Positions 38,451 through 51,193 of a stretch of 64,000 nucleotides of DNA are shown one piece after another (positions within the stretch are counted from its first letter, which is position 1; the number at the start of each line of letters is the position of its first letter). Source of the DNA: Mobula hypostoma (lineage: Eukaryota). The notes beneath the pieces were generated by a model that was not told the DNA's origin, made no database searches, and saw only the letters and a program-made list of their open reading frames with translations. The stretch lies in the NCBI RefSeq assembly GCF_963921235.1, contig NC_086097.1:1488001-1552000 (forward strand). Reading direction: 5' to 3'. The translations under genes were made by a program, and so were the position numbers.

Positions 38451-39640
38451 ATATGAGTGATTAAAATATCGTACTCCTGTAACATTAAACTCCAATTTAA
38501 TCATCTTCTATTTTTGTTTCTCATCTTACTCAAAAACACTAACGGATTGTGATCGGTTTTAACTTTAAGTGGTTTATGAGTAGTACCAACATACAGTTCA
38601 AAATGTTGTAAAGCCAAAACAAGGGATAATAATTCCTTTTCTATTGTTGAATAATTTCTTTGATGGGCATTAAATTTCTTGGAAAAATAAGCTACCGGAC
38701 AATCAACTTCATCACCATCATCTCTTTGAAGTAACACTGCTCCTGCAGCTTCATCACTAGCATCTGCAACTAACAAAAATGGTTTTTCAAAGTCAGGAGA
38801 GTTGAGTACAGGTTGACTACATATTATAGTTTTCAATTTATCAAATGCTTCCTGACAAGACTCTGTCCAAACCAACTTTTCATTTTTCTTCAAGAAATTA
38901 GTTAATGGAAGAGCAATCCTCGCAAAATTCTTACGAAATTTTCTGTAATATCCTACCATACCCAAGAATCTTCTGAGAGTTTTCTTACCAGTTGGAGTGG
39001 GTACTTCTAAAATTGCCTGAACTTTTGCTTGAACAGGAGCTCATTTTTCTTGACCCACAACATAACCAAGGTAGGTCACTGTGGCATGGCCAAATTCACT
39101 TTTAGCTAAGTTAATAGTTAAGTTAGCTTTTGAAAGTCTCTCAAATAGTTTCTCCACCACAGTAATATGTGCTTTCCACATATTATTTCCTGTAACTAAA
39201 TCATCAATATAGGCATCTGTATCTTTTAATCCATGAATCACACTATTAATCATCCTCTGAAAAGTACCTGGTGCATTCTTCATCCCAAATGGAAGAACAT
39301 TATATTCATATAACCCAGATGGAGTTACAAATGCAGAACTCTCTCTACCTCTATCCGTCAATGGAACACACCAATAATCTTTTAACAAATCAATCTTTGT
39401 AAGGAATTTGGCTTGTCCAACTTTATCCACACAATCATCTACCCTAGGGATTGGATATGCATCAGTTTTTGTCACAGCATTTGCCTTCTTGTAATCTGTA
39501 CAAAACCTAATACTATTGTCTGGCTTAGGCACCATAACACACAGTGAACTCCAATTTGAATTAGAATGTCTAATAATATCATTCTCTAACATATACTTAA
39601 TTTCTTGTTCGGCAAGTTCACATTTTCCCCTGTTCATTCA
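38451..39640 (-). pseudogene. Gypsy reverse transcriptase and RNase H (disrupted)
   Basis: IRFCTDY, LPFGMKNAP, YIDDLV; VADASD, YFSKKF, YSTIEKELL, TDHNPL. Confidence 0.93.
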
Positions 39641-39988
39641 ATATGGATGTTGTTTTATGGGTTTTGCATCTCCCACATCTACTCATGTGAAGCTACGGTG
39701 GTTCTTTTAGGAATGTCTGGAAATAAATCTCTATATTTAAAAATTAACTGTTTCATCTGCTCTCTCTGCTTGGCTGTAAATGAGCTAATTTCTCATCAAT
39801 ATTTTCCAGAATTGTTGAATTTGGTAATCTGGCAGAAATAATGTTGATTTAAAATATGTTTCAGTTGAATCATCCATTAGGTTTTTATCAAGATCAGACT
39901 CATTATTGACCACAACAGTCATAGTAGCAGCCTGTTTCTCATAATGCAGTTTTATCATATTTATATGACACAGCTGTGTTGGCTTTCT

Positions 39989-41203
39989 TCAATCTGGGGT
40001 TTTTATCACATAATCCACATCATTTACCTTAGATTTAATCTCATAAGGACCATGAAATGTAGCTTGTAATGGGTTCGTTTGCACCAGGAAAAGAACCAAC
40101 TCCTTACCTCCAGGCTTAAATGACCTCATCCTAGCTTCCTTATCATTCAAAGTCTTCATCTTCTCCTGAGCCAATTTTAAATTTTCCTTTGCCAAGCTAC
40201 AAGCTTTATATAATCTTTCTTTAAATTCTAAAACATAATCTAGCAAATTAGTGTGTACTTCTTTATTAATCCACTGTTCCTTCAACAAGGCCAAAGGTCC
40301 TCGATCTCTATGCCCAAACACAAGTTCAAAAGGACTAAAACCTAATGATTTCTGTACTGCCTCCCTTACTGCAAAAAGTAGTAAATGTACACCTTCATCC
40401 CAGTCCTTTTCATTTTCCACACAGTATGTCCTAATCATAGTTTTTAATGTGGAATGGAATCTCTCCAAGGCTCCTTGTGATTCTGGATGATAGGCTGATG
40501 AGATAATCTGTTTTGCTCCCAGTTTATAAACTATCTGCTGAAACAATCCCGACATAAAATTACTACCTTGATCAGATTGTATTTCCTCAGGCAATCTAAA
40601 ATAAGTAAGGAATTATATAAGAGCCTTTGTCACAGTTTTTGCTGTTATATTCCTAAGAGGTATTGCCTCTGGAAACCTAGACGCGATGCACATAATAGTT
40701 AACCAATATTGATGTCCAGTTTTAGTTTTTGGCAAAGGACCTACACAGTCTACAATGATTTTTGGGAACGGCTCACCAAATGCTGGAATTGGTTGCAGTG
40801 GAGCCACTGGAGTAACCCGATTAGGTTTACCCACAATTCTACACGTATGATACGTTCTGCAAAATGCCACCACGTCCTTTCTTAAACTAGGCGAATAAAA
40901 ATTTTTAAAAACCTTGTTCATAGTTTTCTTTACACCTAGATGACCACTCAAAGGAATACTATGAGCCATAGTTAAAATCTCATTTCGATAAACTTTAGGA
41001 ACTACTACCTGGTGATCAACCTCCCATTCCTCACTAGCAGGAATTATAGGCAATCTCCACTTTCTCATTAATACTCCCTTTTCAAAATAATATCCTACTA
41101 CCACTTTCTTAATTTCACTATCTGGAAGAGCTTGTTCCTTTAATTTAACTATCTCAGGATCTCTACCTTGCTCTACTATCATCTCCTTCCGAGATAAAGA
41201 CAA
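39989..41203 (-). pseudogene. Gypsy integrase (Zn-binding region plus DDE core), upstream of RT
   Basis: HSIPLSGHLG, IVDCVGPLP, QSDQGSNF, SAYHPESQGALER. Confidence 0.93.
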
Positions 41204-41287
41204 ATCTTCATGGTCAGTCTTACTACCAAAATCCTGATCAAATAATGTAGGTAAGAGAGTTTCTGATACATCCTCAAAATTTGAATC

Positions 41288-43013
41288 TTAAGTTGAACAG
41301 TCATGAGTAACATAGCTCTTTTTAGCCATAGCTCTTGTTACCACGCAGGAAGAATCTGTGTTAGAATCCCTCTGTGGTTCCTCAGAATTTGGATTTATTG
41401 TTAAATGCACTTCAGGAAAAACTTGTCCGCCTGCTAAGTCATTCCCTAACAAAAGAGAAACATCATTCACAGGTAAACTGGATTGTAGTCCTACTTTAAC
41501 AACCCCTGTAAATAAACCTGACCTTAAATTTACTCTATGTAAATGTACTGGCATAAGGACACTCCCAGCTCTTCCTATATAGTTTACCTCACCAATGTCA
41601 GACTCATCACTAAACTTTAGCACACTGTCTAATATTACTGATTGAGAAGCTCCAGTATCTCTAAGTATTCTTATTGGTACTGAATTGGATCCTTCTTTCA
41701 AGGATACAAATACTACTGTTATAAAAGATTCATATCCCCTCTTAACCTGGTCAGAATCTGACAAAACTTCATTGGGATTTATCAAACTCTGTGCATTTAC
41801 AGGTGTTTCCCTATGCTGCACACAAGCATCAGGGACAGCTTCCTTCTCTTTCTTTTCCAATCAAAAACAGTTGGCTATTACATGTCCCGGTTTCTTACAA
41901 TAATTACAAATATTACCAAAATGTCTTTCCTTCACATGTCTCCCTTCATCCTTACTTTTCTCAATAACTTCAGATTTAATTTCTGGTTTACCTTGACTCT
42001 CTGTCCTAGTTTTCCTTTTAAAAGTTCTACCTGGAGAAAATTTATTCTTATGAATTAAAGCACATTCATCAGCTAATTTAGCAGTCTCCTGCAATGTAGA
42101 AGTGTCCCTTTCATTTAAGTATGTTCTCACTTCAACGGGAATGCTTCTTTTAAATTCCTCCAGTAAAATCAACTCTTTTAATTTATTATACTCCCCATTC
42201 ACATTTTTAGAAGAAACCCATCTCTCAAAACACACAGATTCCTCGTAGGCAAGTTCCACATAAGCTTTTTCCACAGATTTCTTCAAATTTCTGATTCTTT
42301 CTCTATACGCTTGCGGAACCAACTCATATGCCTTTAATATATGCTGTTTAACAATATCATAATCTGGTGCTTGCTCAGCATTTAAAGCTGTATAAACTTG
42401 TTGTGTCTTGCCTTTAATTACACTTTGTAACATCACTGGCCATTGCTGTTTTGGCCACCCTAAACTAGAGCAAAATTTCGAAATGCTGGAAATATTTGTC
42501 CACTTCAGCTTCATTAAATGGAGGAGCCAAAATAACCTCACGACTAGCAATTAACTGTTTCTTAGAACCAGAAGACTGATTTCCCATCCTTAATTTCTCC
42601 ATCTCTAACTCAAATTTCCTCTGGTTTTCAGCTTCTCTTTCTTTAAATTCCCTTATTTTATGGGCCTCTCTAGCCTTGAATTCCTTCTGTTTATTTTCAG
42701 CTTCTAACCGACTTCTTTTCAAATCAGCTTCTAATTGGTTTAACTTTATTTGTTCAAGACGTAACTGCATTTCCAGATTACTCATTGGAAACCTATCTAA
42801 CACCTCATCCTCAAACGTTTTCTAACTTATATAATGCTCCGCGATTTTTCTTTGAGTTAACACCTTTGTGGTACTCTTCATAATTCCCTTAATATCCAAC
42901 CTCCTAGCAATCTCCGATACAACAGGTTTTTTTGCATTTGCTAAAAACTCCGGGTCAGGCGAATCCATAAAGTCATCAATATTCATTGCTGCCGAATACC
43001 ACTCACACACCAA
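41288..43013 (-). pseudogene. Gypsy gag (capsid/SCAN-like region, CCHC knuckle) and aspartic protease (disrupted)
   Basis: GWPKQQWPVMLQSVIKGK, LILLEEFK, CNYCKKPGHVIANC; protease ILRDTGASQS, LLLGND. Confidence 0.88.
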
Positions 43014-43075
43014 TCAAATTTTAAAATAATCGGGTACTTCCCTTTTCCAAATCAGAATGGCAAATTTAGAACAAG

Positions 43076-43093
43076 ATCCCGGACGAGCCCCCA
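43076..43093 (-). promoter_or_regulatory. Primer binding site, tRNA-Pro
   Basis: TGGGGGCTCGTCCGGGAT on the minus strand, the canonical 18-nt tRNA-Pro PBS (as in MLV). Confidence 0.93.
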
Positions 43094-43100
43094 CAATATA

Positions 43101-43973
43101 TGTTATGTAACCGGCAACAATGATTATCAATCAAGACAGGTTATATAAAGACAGCCAAACATTTATTAAAAATGGATAAACAATAAAAAAAAACAAACGA
43201 AAACCTTAACTGGAAGTTAACCGCTATGCGGCCATTCAACAAATCACCACTCGCTACTGGTTCTTAAAGCGATAAATGCGAAAACAGTTCTTAAAGCGGT
43301 AAAGTCAAATACAGTTCTTAAAATGGTAAATTCAAAAGTCCAACAGATTTATACATTCAATTGGGAGAGACTTCTCTGGAGAAGGATTTCTTCGTAGACG
43401 CAACTTTCCTGCTGGTTCTGTCCAAAAGGATTCACGATGAAGGAAATAAACAGCTTAAAACAACTGACCTTTCTTCTGGTGAGCAAATTCTGCATGAACT
43501 ACCTTGCTCTTTTGGCAGGAGTTGTCCTCGATGCAGGTCACTACTTCTTCAATGAAAACTCAATAAGATCGATCCTTCATTAAACTGCCGAAACATACCA
43601 ACTTCTCTTAATCCTTCAGGTCCTGTACTTCGATAAAGTCTTCACTCTCCAATACTACTGAAAAGGTACATCAACAAATCTGGCAGAAATGGGTAAACTA
43701 CCAGTCCAGCACTATTGTACCTTACAATAGAATGTAACACTCCGTTTTAAAAATGAAACTGCGTCATAAAACAAATATGCAATGGAATGGAGACACTGAC
43801 TAACGTTCTAGCTGGAAAACTAACTGCGTGACCAGGGTCTTCCCTTTTATACCCGTGGTGAACATGTCATCACATGACCTCACATCGGTGGGAAAATTAC
43901 ATCAGGTGACCAACAAAAGACCATTACATCATTCTCTCAAGAAAGTCACAAGATCTCCTTGAGGTATGTAACA
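43101..43973 (-). repeat. 5' LTR (TGTTAC...TAACA) with TATAAAA at 43845-43851
   Basis: Direct repeat of 33805-34676; TG...CA termini. Confidence 0.95.
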
Positions 43974-45710
43974 CTATTCCTCTCCAATGTTATGGTAAAG
44001 GAGATAGAATTGTGATTACTGTCTCCAAAATGCTTTTCCACTAAGAGATCTGACACCTGACCAGGTTCATTTCCCAATTCCAGATCAAGTACAGCCTCTC
44101 CTCTTGTAGGCTTATCTACATACTGTGCCAAGAAACCTTCCTGAACACACCTAAACTCTACCCCATCTAAACACCTTGCTGTAGGGAGGTACCAATCAAT
44201 ATTTGGGAAATTAAAATCTCCCATCACGACAACCCTGTTATTATTACTCCTTTCCAGAATCTGTCTCCCTATCTGCTCCTTGATGTCCCTGTTACTACTG
44301 GGTGGTCCTGATCCACGCTCTAAGATCATCTTCTTTGTTCGTTATACTTCTTGCATTAAAATAGACACATTTCAGACCATCGATCTGAGCGCGTCCCTTC
44401 TCTATCACCTACCTATCCTCCCTCTCACACTGTCTACAGGCTTTCTGTATTAGTGAACCAATTGCCCATTCCTCCGTCTCTTCAGTTTGGTTCCCACCCC
44501 CCAACAATTCTAGTTTAAACTCTCCCCAGTAGCCTTAGCAAACCTCCCTGCCTGGATATTGGTCCCCCTGGGCTTCAAGTGCAACCTGTCCTTTTTGTAC
44601 AGGCCACACCTGCCCCAAAAGAGATCCCAATGATCCAGAAATCTGAATCCCTGCCCCCTGCTCCAATCCTTCAGCCACGCATTTATCCTCCACCTCACTA
44701 TATTCCTATACTCACTGTCATGTGGCACAGGCAGTAATCCCGAGACGACTACCTTTGAGGTCCTGCTTCTCAACTTCCTTCCGAACTGTCTGAAGTCTGT
44801 CTACAGGACCTCTTCCCTTTTCCTAGCTATGTCGTTGGTGCCAATATGTGCCACGACCTCTGGCTATTCTCCTTCGTACTTCAGGATATCGTGGACATGA
44901 TCTGAAACATCTCGGACCCTGGCACCTTGGAGGCAAACTACCATCCACGTTTCTTTCCTGCATCCACAGAATCACCTGTCTGAACCCCTAACTATAGAGT
45001 CCCCTATCACTACTGCCTTCTTCTTCCTTCCTCTACCCTTCTGAGCCGCAGGGCCAGACTCTGTGCCAGATGTGCGGCCACTGTTGCTTCCCCCAGGTAG
45101 GCCATCCCCCCCAACAGTACTCAGACAGGAGTACTTATTGTTCAGGGGGACAGCCATGGGGTACTCTCTAGCATCTGACTCTTGCCCTTCCCTCTCGTGA
45201 TTGTTACCCACTTACATGTCTCCCGAGGCCCCGGGGTGACTACCTGCATATAGCTCCTATCTATCATCTCCTCACTCTCTGACCAGCCAGAGGTCATCGA
45301 GCTGCATCTCCAGTTCCCTAATGCGGTTCCTCAGGAGCTGCTGCAGCTTGACGCACCTGGTGTAGATGTGGCCGCCGGGAGGCTGGGAGTCTTCAGGACT
45401 TCCCACATCTGACACTGAGCACAGAACAACGGCCTCACATACGTACTTCCTGTCTGTATTCTACACAGGCAACCTACCACGCCTTGACCCATTATCGCCA
45501 AAGCCCCGTTGAACCAAAGCCCTCCTACTCTGTCCCCCTCTACTTCGTCACCCGCTCCTCCTAAGCCTGCTCTATAAAACTGTTTCCTTTTAAACTCTTC
45601 TCACTGTTCAAACTGGCTGACGTCCACGCGTTTGCGCAGTCGTACCTCGATTAAATGCTGAAGAAATAACCGTCTCCTTTTAAACTCTCTTCACTGTTCT
45701 AACTGGCTGT

Positions 45711-46285
45711 CATTGTTGTTCCACATACAGTCTGTGCAAGTGTTGTCCACATACAGTCTGTGTGAGCATCAATGTGCAGCCTCTGTGAATGTTGAAGTAC
45801 AGTCTGTGAGTGTTGTTCACGTACAGTCTGAGTGTTTTTGATATTTAGTCACTGTGAGTGTGTGAGTCATTGTCATACAGTGTGTAAATGCTGTCGAAAT
45901 ACAGTCTCTGTGTATTGTCCATGTACGGTCTGTGTGAATGTTGTCGATGTGTAGTCTGTGCAAGTGTTGGTCTGTGAGTGTCAAAGTACAATCTGTGTGA
46001 GTGTTGATGTACAGTCTGTGAATTTCGAAGTACAGTCTGTGAGTGTCCATGTACAGTCTGTGTGATTGTTGTCCTTGTACAGTCTATGTGAGTGGCATTG
46101 ACACACAGACTGTAAATGTTATTGACATACAGTCAGTGAGTGTTGTCCATGTACAGTCTGTGTAAGCATTGTTCACATACAGTCTCTGTTTGTGTTATCC
46201 ACATACAGTCTGTGTGAGTGTCGATGTACAGTCTGAGTGTCAATGTGCAGTCTGTGAGTGGTGAGGTACAGTCTGTGTGAGTGTT
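45711..46285. repeat. Degenerate outlying part of the 26-bp satellite
   Basis: Recurring TACAGTCTGTG(TGAG) cores with irregular spacing. Confidence 0.85.
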
Positions 46286-49200
46286 CATAAGACCATAAGA
46301 TTTAGAAACATAGAAACATAGAAAATAGGTGCAGGAGTAGGCCATTCAGCCCTTCGAGCCTGCACCGCCATTTATTATGATCATGGCTGATCATCCAACT
46401 CAGAACCCCGCCCCAGCCTTCCCTCCATACCCCCTGACCCCCGTAGCCACAAGGGCCATATCTAACTCCCTCTTAAATATAGCCAATGAACTGGCCTCAA
46501 CTGTTTCCTGTAGCAGAGAATTCCACAGATTCACCACTCTCTGTGTGAAGAAGTTTTTCCTAATCTCGGTCCTAAAAGGCTTCCCCTCTATCCTCAAACT
46601 GTGGCCCCTCGTTCTGGACTTCCCCAACATTGGGAACAATCTTCCTGCATCTAGCCTGTCCAATCCCTTTAGGATCTTATACGTTTCAATCAGATCCCCC
46701 CTCAATCTTCTAAATTCCAACGAGTACAAGCCCAGTTCATCCAGTCTTTCTTCATATGAAAGTCCTGCCATCCCAGGAATCAATCTGGTGAACCTTCTTT
46801 GTACTCCCTCTATGGCAAAGATGTCTTTCCTCAGATTAGGGGACCAAAACTGCACACAATACTCCAGGTGTGGTCTCACCAAGGCCTTGTACAACTGCAG
46901 TAGTACCTCCCTGCTCCTGTACTCGAATCCTCTCGCTATAAATGCCAGCATACCATTCGCCTTTTTCACCGCCTGCTGTACCTGCATGCCCACTTTCAAT
47001 GACTGGTGTATAATGACACCCAGGTCTCGTTGCACCTCCCCTTTTCCTAATCGGCCACCATTCAGATAATAATCTGTTTTCCTATTTTTGCCACCAAAGT
47101 GGATAACTTCATATTTATCCACATTAAATTGCATCTGCCATGAATTTGCCCACTCACCCAACCTATCGAAGTCACCCTGCATCCTCTTAGCATCCTCCTC
47201 ACAGTTAACACTGCCACCCAACTTCGTGTCATCCGCAAGCTTGGAGATGCTGCATTTAATTCCCTCATCCAAGTCATTAATATATATTGTAAACAACTGG
47301 GGTCCCAGCACTGAGCCTTGCGGTACCCCACTAGTCACCGCCTGCCATTCTGAAAAGGTCCCGTTTATTCCCACTCTTTGCTTCCTGTCTGCTAACCAAT
47401 TCGCCACCCACACCAATACCTTACCCCCAATACCGTGTGCTTTAATTTGCACACTAATCTCCTGTGTAGGACCTTGTCAAAAGCCTTTTGAAAATCCAAA
47501 TATACCACATCCACTGGTTCTCCCCTATCCACTCTACTAGTTACATCCTCAAAAAATTCTGAGATTCGTCAGACATGATTTTCCTTTCACAAATCCATGC
47601 TGACTTTGTCCGATCATTTCACCGCTTTCCAAATGTGCTGTTATCACATCCTTGATAACTGACTCCAGCAGTTTCCCCACCACCGATGTTAGGCTAACCG
47701 GTCTATAATTCCCCGGTTTCTCTCTCCCTCCTTTTTTAAAAAGTGGAGTTACATTAGCCACCCTCCAATCCTCTGGAACTAGTTCAGAATCTAATGAGTT
47801 TTGAAAAATTATCACTAATGCATCCACTATTTCTTGGGCTACTTCCTTAAGCACTCTAGGATGCAGACCATCTGGCTCTGGGGATTTATCTGCCTTCAAT
47901 CCCTTCAATTTACCTAACACCACTTCCCTACTAACATGTATTTCGCTCTGTTCCTCCACCCCACTGGACCCTCTGTCCCCTACTATTTCTGGAAGATATT
48001 TATGTCCTCCTTAGTGAAGACAGAACCAAAGTAATTATTCATTTGATCTGCCATGTCCTTGCTCCCCGTAATCAATTCACCTGTTTCTGTCTGCAGGGGA
48101 CCTACATTTGTCTTTACCAGTCTTTTCCTTTTTACATATCTATAAAAGCTTTTACAGTCCGTTTTTATGTTCCCTGCCAGTTTTCTCTCATAATCTTTTC
48201 TCCCCTTCCTAATTAAGCCCTTTGTCCTCCTCTGCTGAACTCTGAATTTCTCCCAGTCCTCACCCACTTTCTCTGGCTAATTTGTATGCTTCTTCTTTGG
48301 AATTGATACTATCCCTAATTTCTCTTGACAGCCACGGGTGCACGACCTTCCTTGATTTATTCTTTTGCCAAACTGGGATGAACAATTGTTGTAGTTCATC
48401 CATGCAACCTTTAAATGCTTGCCATTGCATATCCACCGTCAATCCTTTAAGTGTCATTTGCCAGTCTATCTTAGCTAACTCACGTCTCATACCTTCAAAG
48501 TTACCCCTCTTTAAGTTCAGAACCTTTGTTTCTGAATTAACTATGTCACTCTCCATATTAATGAAGAATTCCACCATATTATGGTCACTCTTACCCAAGG
48601 GGCCTCTCACGACAAGATTGCTAATTAACCCTTCCTCATTGCTCAAAACCCAGTCCAGAATAGCCTGCTCTCTAGTTGGTTCCTCGACATGTTGGTTCAA
48701 AAAACCATCCCGCATACATTCCAAGAAATCCTCTTCCTCAGCACCTTTACCAATTTGGTTCACCCAATCTACATGTAGATTGAAGTCACCCATTATAACT
48801 GCTGTTCCTTTATTGCACACATTTCTGATTTCCTGTTTAATACCATCTCCGACCTCACTACTACTGTTAGGTGGCCTGTACACAACTCCCACCAGCGTCT
48901 TCTGCCCTTTAGTGTTACGCAGCTCTACCCATATCGATTCCACATCTTCCTGGCTTATGTCCTTCCTTTCTGCGTTAATCTCTTCTTTAACCAGCAACGC
49001 CACCCCACCTCCCCTTCCTTCATGTCTATCCCTCCTGAATATTGAATATCCCTGAACGTTGAGCTCCCATCCTTGGTCACCCTGGAGCCATGTCTCTGTG
49101 ATCCCAACTATATCATAATCATTAATAACAATCTGCACTTTCAATTCATCCACCTTATTACGAATGCTCCTTGCATTGACACATAAAGCCTTCAGGCACT

Positions 49201-51193
49201 CTTTTACAACTCTCTTAGCCCTTATACAATTATGTTGAAAAGTGGCCCTTTTTAATGCTTGCCCTGGATTTGTCGGCCTGCCACTTTTACTTTTCTCCTT
49301 AGTACTTTTTGCTTCTACCCTCACTTTACACCCCTCTGTCTCTCTGCACTGGTTCCCATCTCTCTGTTGTGAACTAACCTCCTCACGCCTAGCCTCTTTA
49401 ATTTGATTCCCACCCCCCAACCATTCTAGTTTAAAGTCACCTCAGTAGCCCCCGCTAATCTCCCTGCCAGAATATTGGTCCCCCTAGGATTCAAGTGTAA
49501 CCCGTCCTTTTTGTACAGGTCACGCCTGCGCCAAAAGAGGTCCCAATGATCCAAAAACTTGAATCCCTGCCCCCTGCTCCAATCCCTCAGCCACGCATTT
49601 ATCCTCCACCTCATCGCATTCCTACTCTCACTGTCGCGTGGCACAGGCAGTAATCCCGAGATTACAAACTTTGCGGTCCTTTTTCTCAACTCCCTTCCTA
49701 GCTCCCTATATTCTCCTTTCAGGACCTCATCCCTTTTCCTACCTATGTCATTGGTACCTATATGTACCACGACCTCTGGCTCCTCACCCTCCCACTTCAG
49801 GATATCTTGGACACGATCAGAAATATCCTGGACCCTGGCACCAGGGAGGCAAACTACCATCCGGGTCTCTGGATTTAGGAGCAGTAGTAGGCCATTTGGC
49901 CCATTGAGTCTGCTCTACCATTCAATCATGGGCTCATCCAATTCTTCCAGTCATCCCCACTCCCTGACTTCTCCCCATACCCTTTGATGCCATGGCTAAT
50001 CAAGAACCTATCTATCTCTGCCTTAAATACACCCAATGACTTGGCCTCCACAGCTGCTCGTGGCAGCAAATTCCATAGATTTACCACCCTCTGGCTAAAG
50101 TAATTTCTCCACAGTTCAGTTCAAAAAGGACGTCCTTCAAATCCTGAAGTCGTGCCCTCTTGTCCTAGAATCCCCTACCATGGGAAATAACTTTGTCATA
50201 TCTAATCTGTTCAGGCCTTTTAACATTCAGAATGTTTCTATGAAATTACCCCTCATTCTCCTGAATTCCAGGGAATACAGCCCAAGAGCTGCCAGACATT
50301 CCTCATATGGTAACCTTTTCATTCCTGGAATCATTCTCATGAAACTTCTCTGAACCCTCTCCAATGTCAGTATATCCTTTCTAAAATAAGGAGCCCAAAA
50401 CTGCACACAATACTCCGTGTGGCCTCACGAGTGCCTTATAGAGCCTCAACATCACATCCCTGCTCTTATATTCTATACCTCTAGAAATGAATGCCAACAT
50501 TACATTTGCCTTCTTCACAACTGAGTCAACCTGCAGGTTAACCTTTAGGGTATCTTGCACAAGGACTCCAAGTCCCTTTCCATCTCCGCATTTTGAATCA
50601 TCTCCTCATCTAAATAATAGTCTGCTTGTTTATTTCTTCCACCATTATATTTCATTTGCTACTTCTTTGCCCATTCCCCTAAACTATCTAAGTCTGTCTG
50701 CAGGCTCTCTGTTTCCTCAACACTACCCGCTCCTCCACCTATCTTTGTATCATTAGCAAATTTAGCCACAAATCCCTTAATGCCGTAGTCCAAATCATTG
50801 ACGTACATCGTAAAAAGCAACGGTCCTAACACCTATCCCTGTGGAACTCCACTGGTAACGAACAGCCAGCCAGAATAGGATCCTTTTATTCCCACTCCAC
50901 CCATGATAGTAACTTCCCTGGAATTCCATGGGATCTTATCTTGCTAACCAGCCTCATGTCCAGCACCTCGTCAAAGACCTTCAAAAAAATCCAAGCACAC
51001 CATACCTACTGCATCTCTTTTGTCTACCCTGCTTGTAATTTCATCAAAGAAGTACAGTAGGTTTCTCAGGCAGGATTTTCCTTTCAGGAAACCATGCTGG
51101 CTTTGGCCTATCTTGTCATGTGTCTCCAGGTACTCCATAATCTCATCCCTAAGGATTGATTCCAACAACTTCCCAACCACTGATGTCAGGCTA
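46286..51193 (-). mobile_element. 5'-truncated CR1 inserted in the satellite and itself split by a younger CR1
   Basis: Tail CATAAGACCATAAG at 46286; 3' UTR/RT resumes at 49872; GQSQHGFLKGKSCL at ~51100; similar to 16824-17799. Confidence 0.85.
46306..49871 (-). mobile_element. Young CR1, near-identical sibling of 34927-38450
   Basis: ORFs 49426..49860, 48260..49420, 47983..48267, 47549..47959, 46400..47452; 7-bp TSD GATTTAG (46299-305, 49872-78). Confidence 0.95.

Larger units (their letters stand above)
33805..43973 (-). mobile_element. Gypsy LTR retrotransposon, Gmr1-like (gag-PR-INT-RT-RH), complete structure but decayed
   Basis: Two ~872-bp LTRs, PBS, PPT, 4-bp TSD (CTAT at 43974-77; CAAT at 33801-04, one mismatch), all pol domains present. 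Confidence 0.95.
31612..45710 (-). mobile_element. Near full-length decayed CR1 (5' UTR, ORF1 with Zn-finger/leucine zipper and esterase, ORF2), split at 33804/43974 by the Gypsy element
   Basis: ORF1 pieces 44510-45440 (VIGDSIVRG; CxxC-MWE...RIRELEMQLDDL); APE 43974-44330; RT 31718-33527; tail at 31612; same subfamily as 4130-7868. Confidence 0.9.

Noticed and set aside
33805..43973. Endogenous retrovirus suggested by the MLV-type tRNA-Pro PBS
   Set aside because: There is no env or room for it, and the pol motifs and order are Gmr1-type Gypsy
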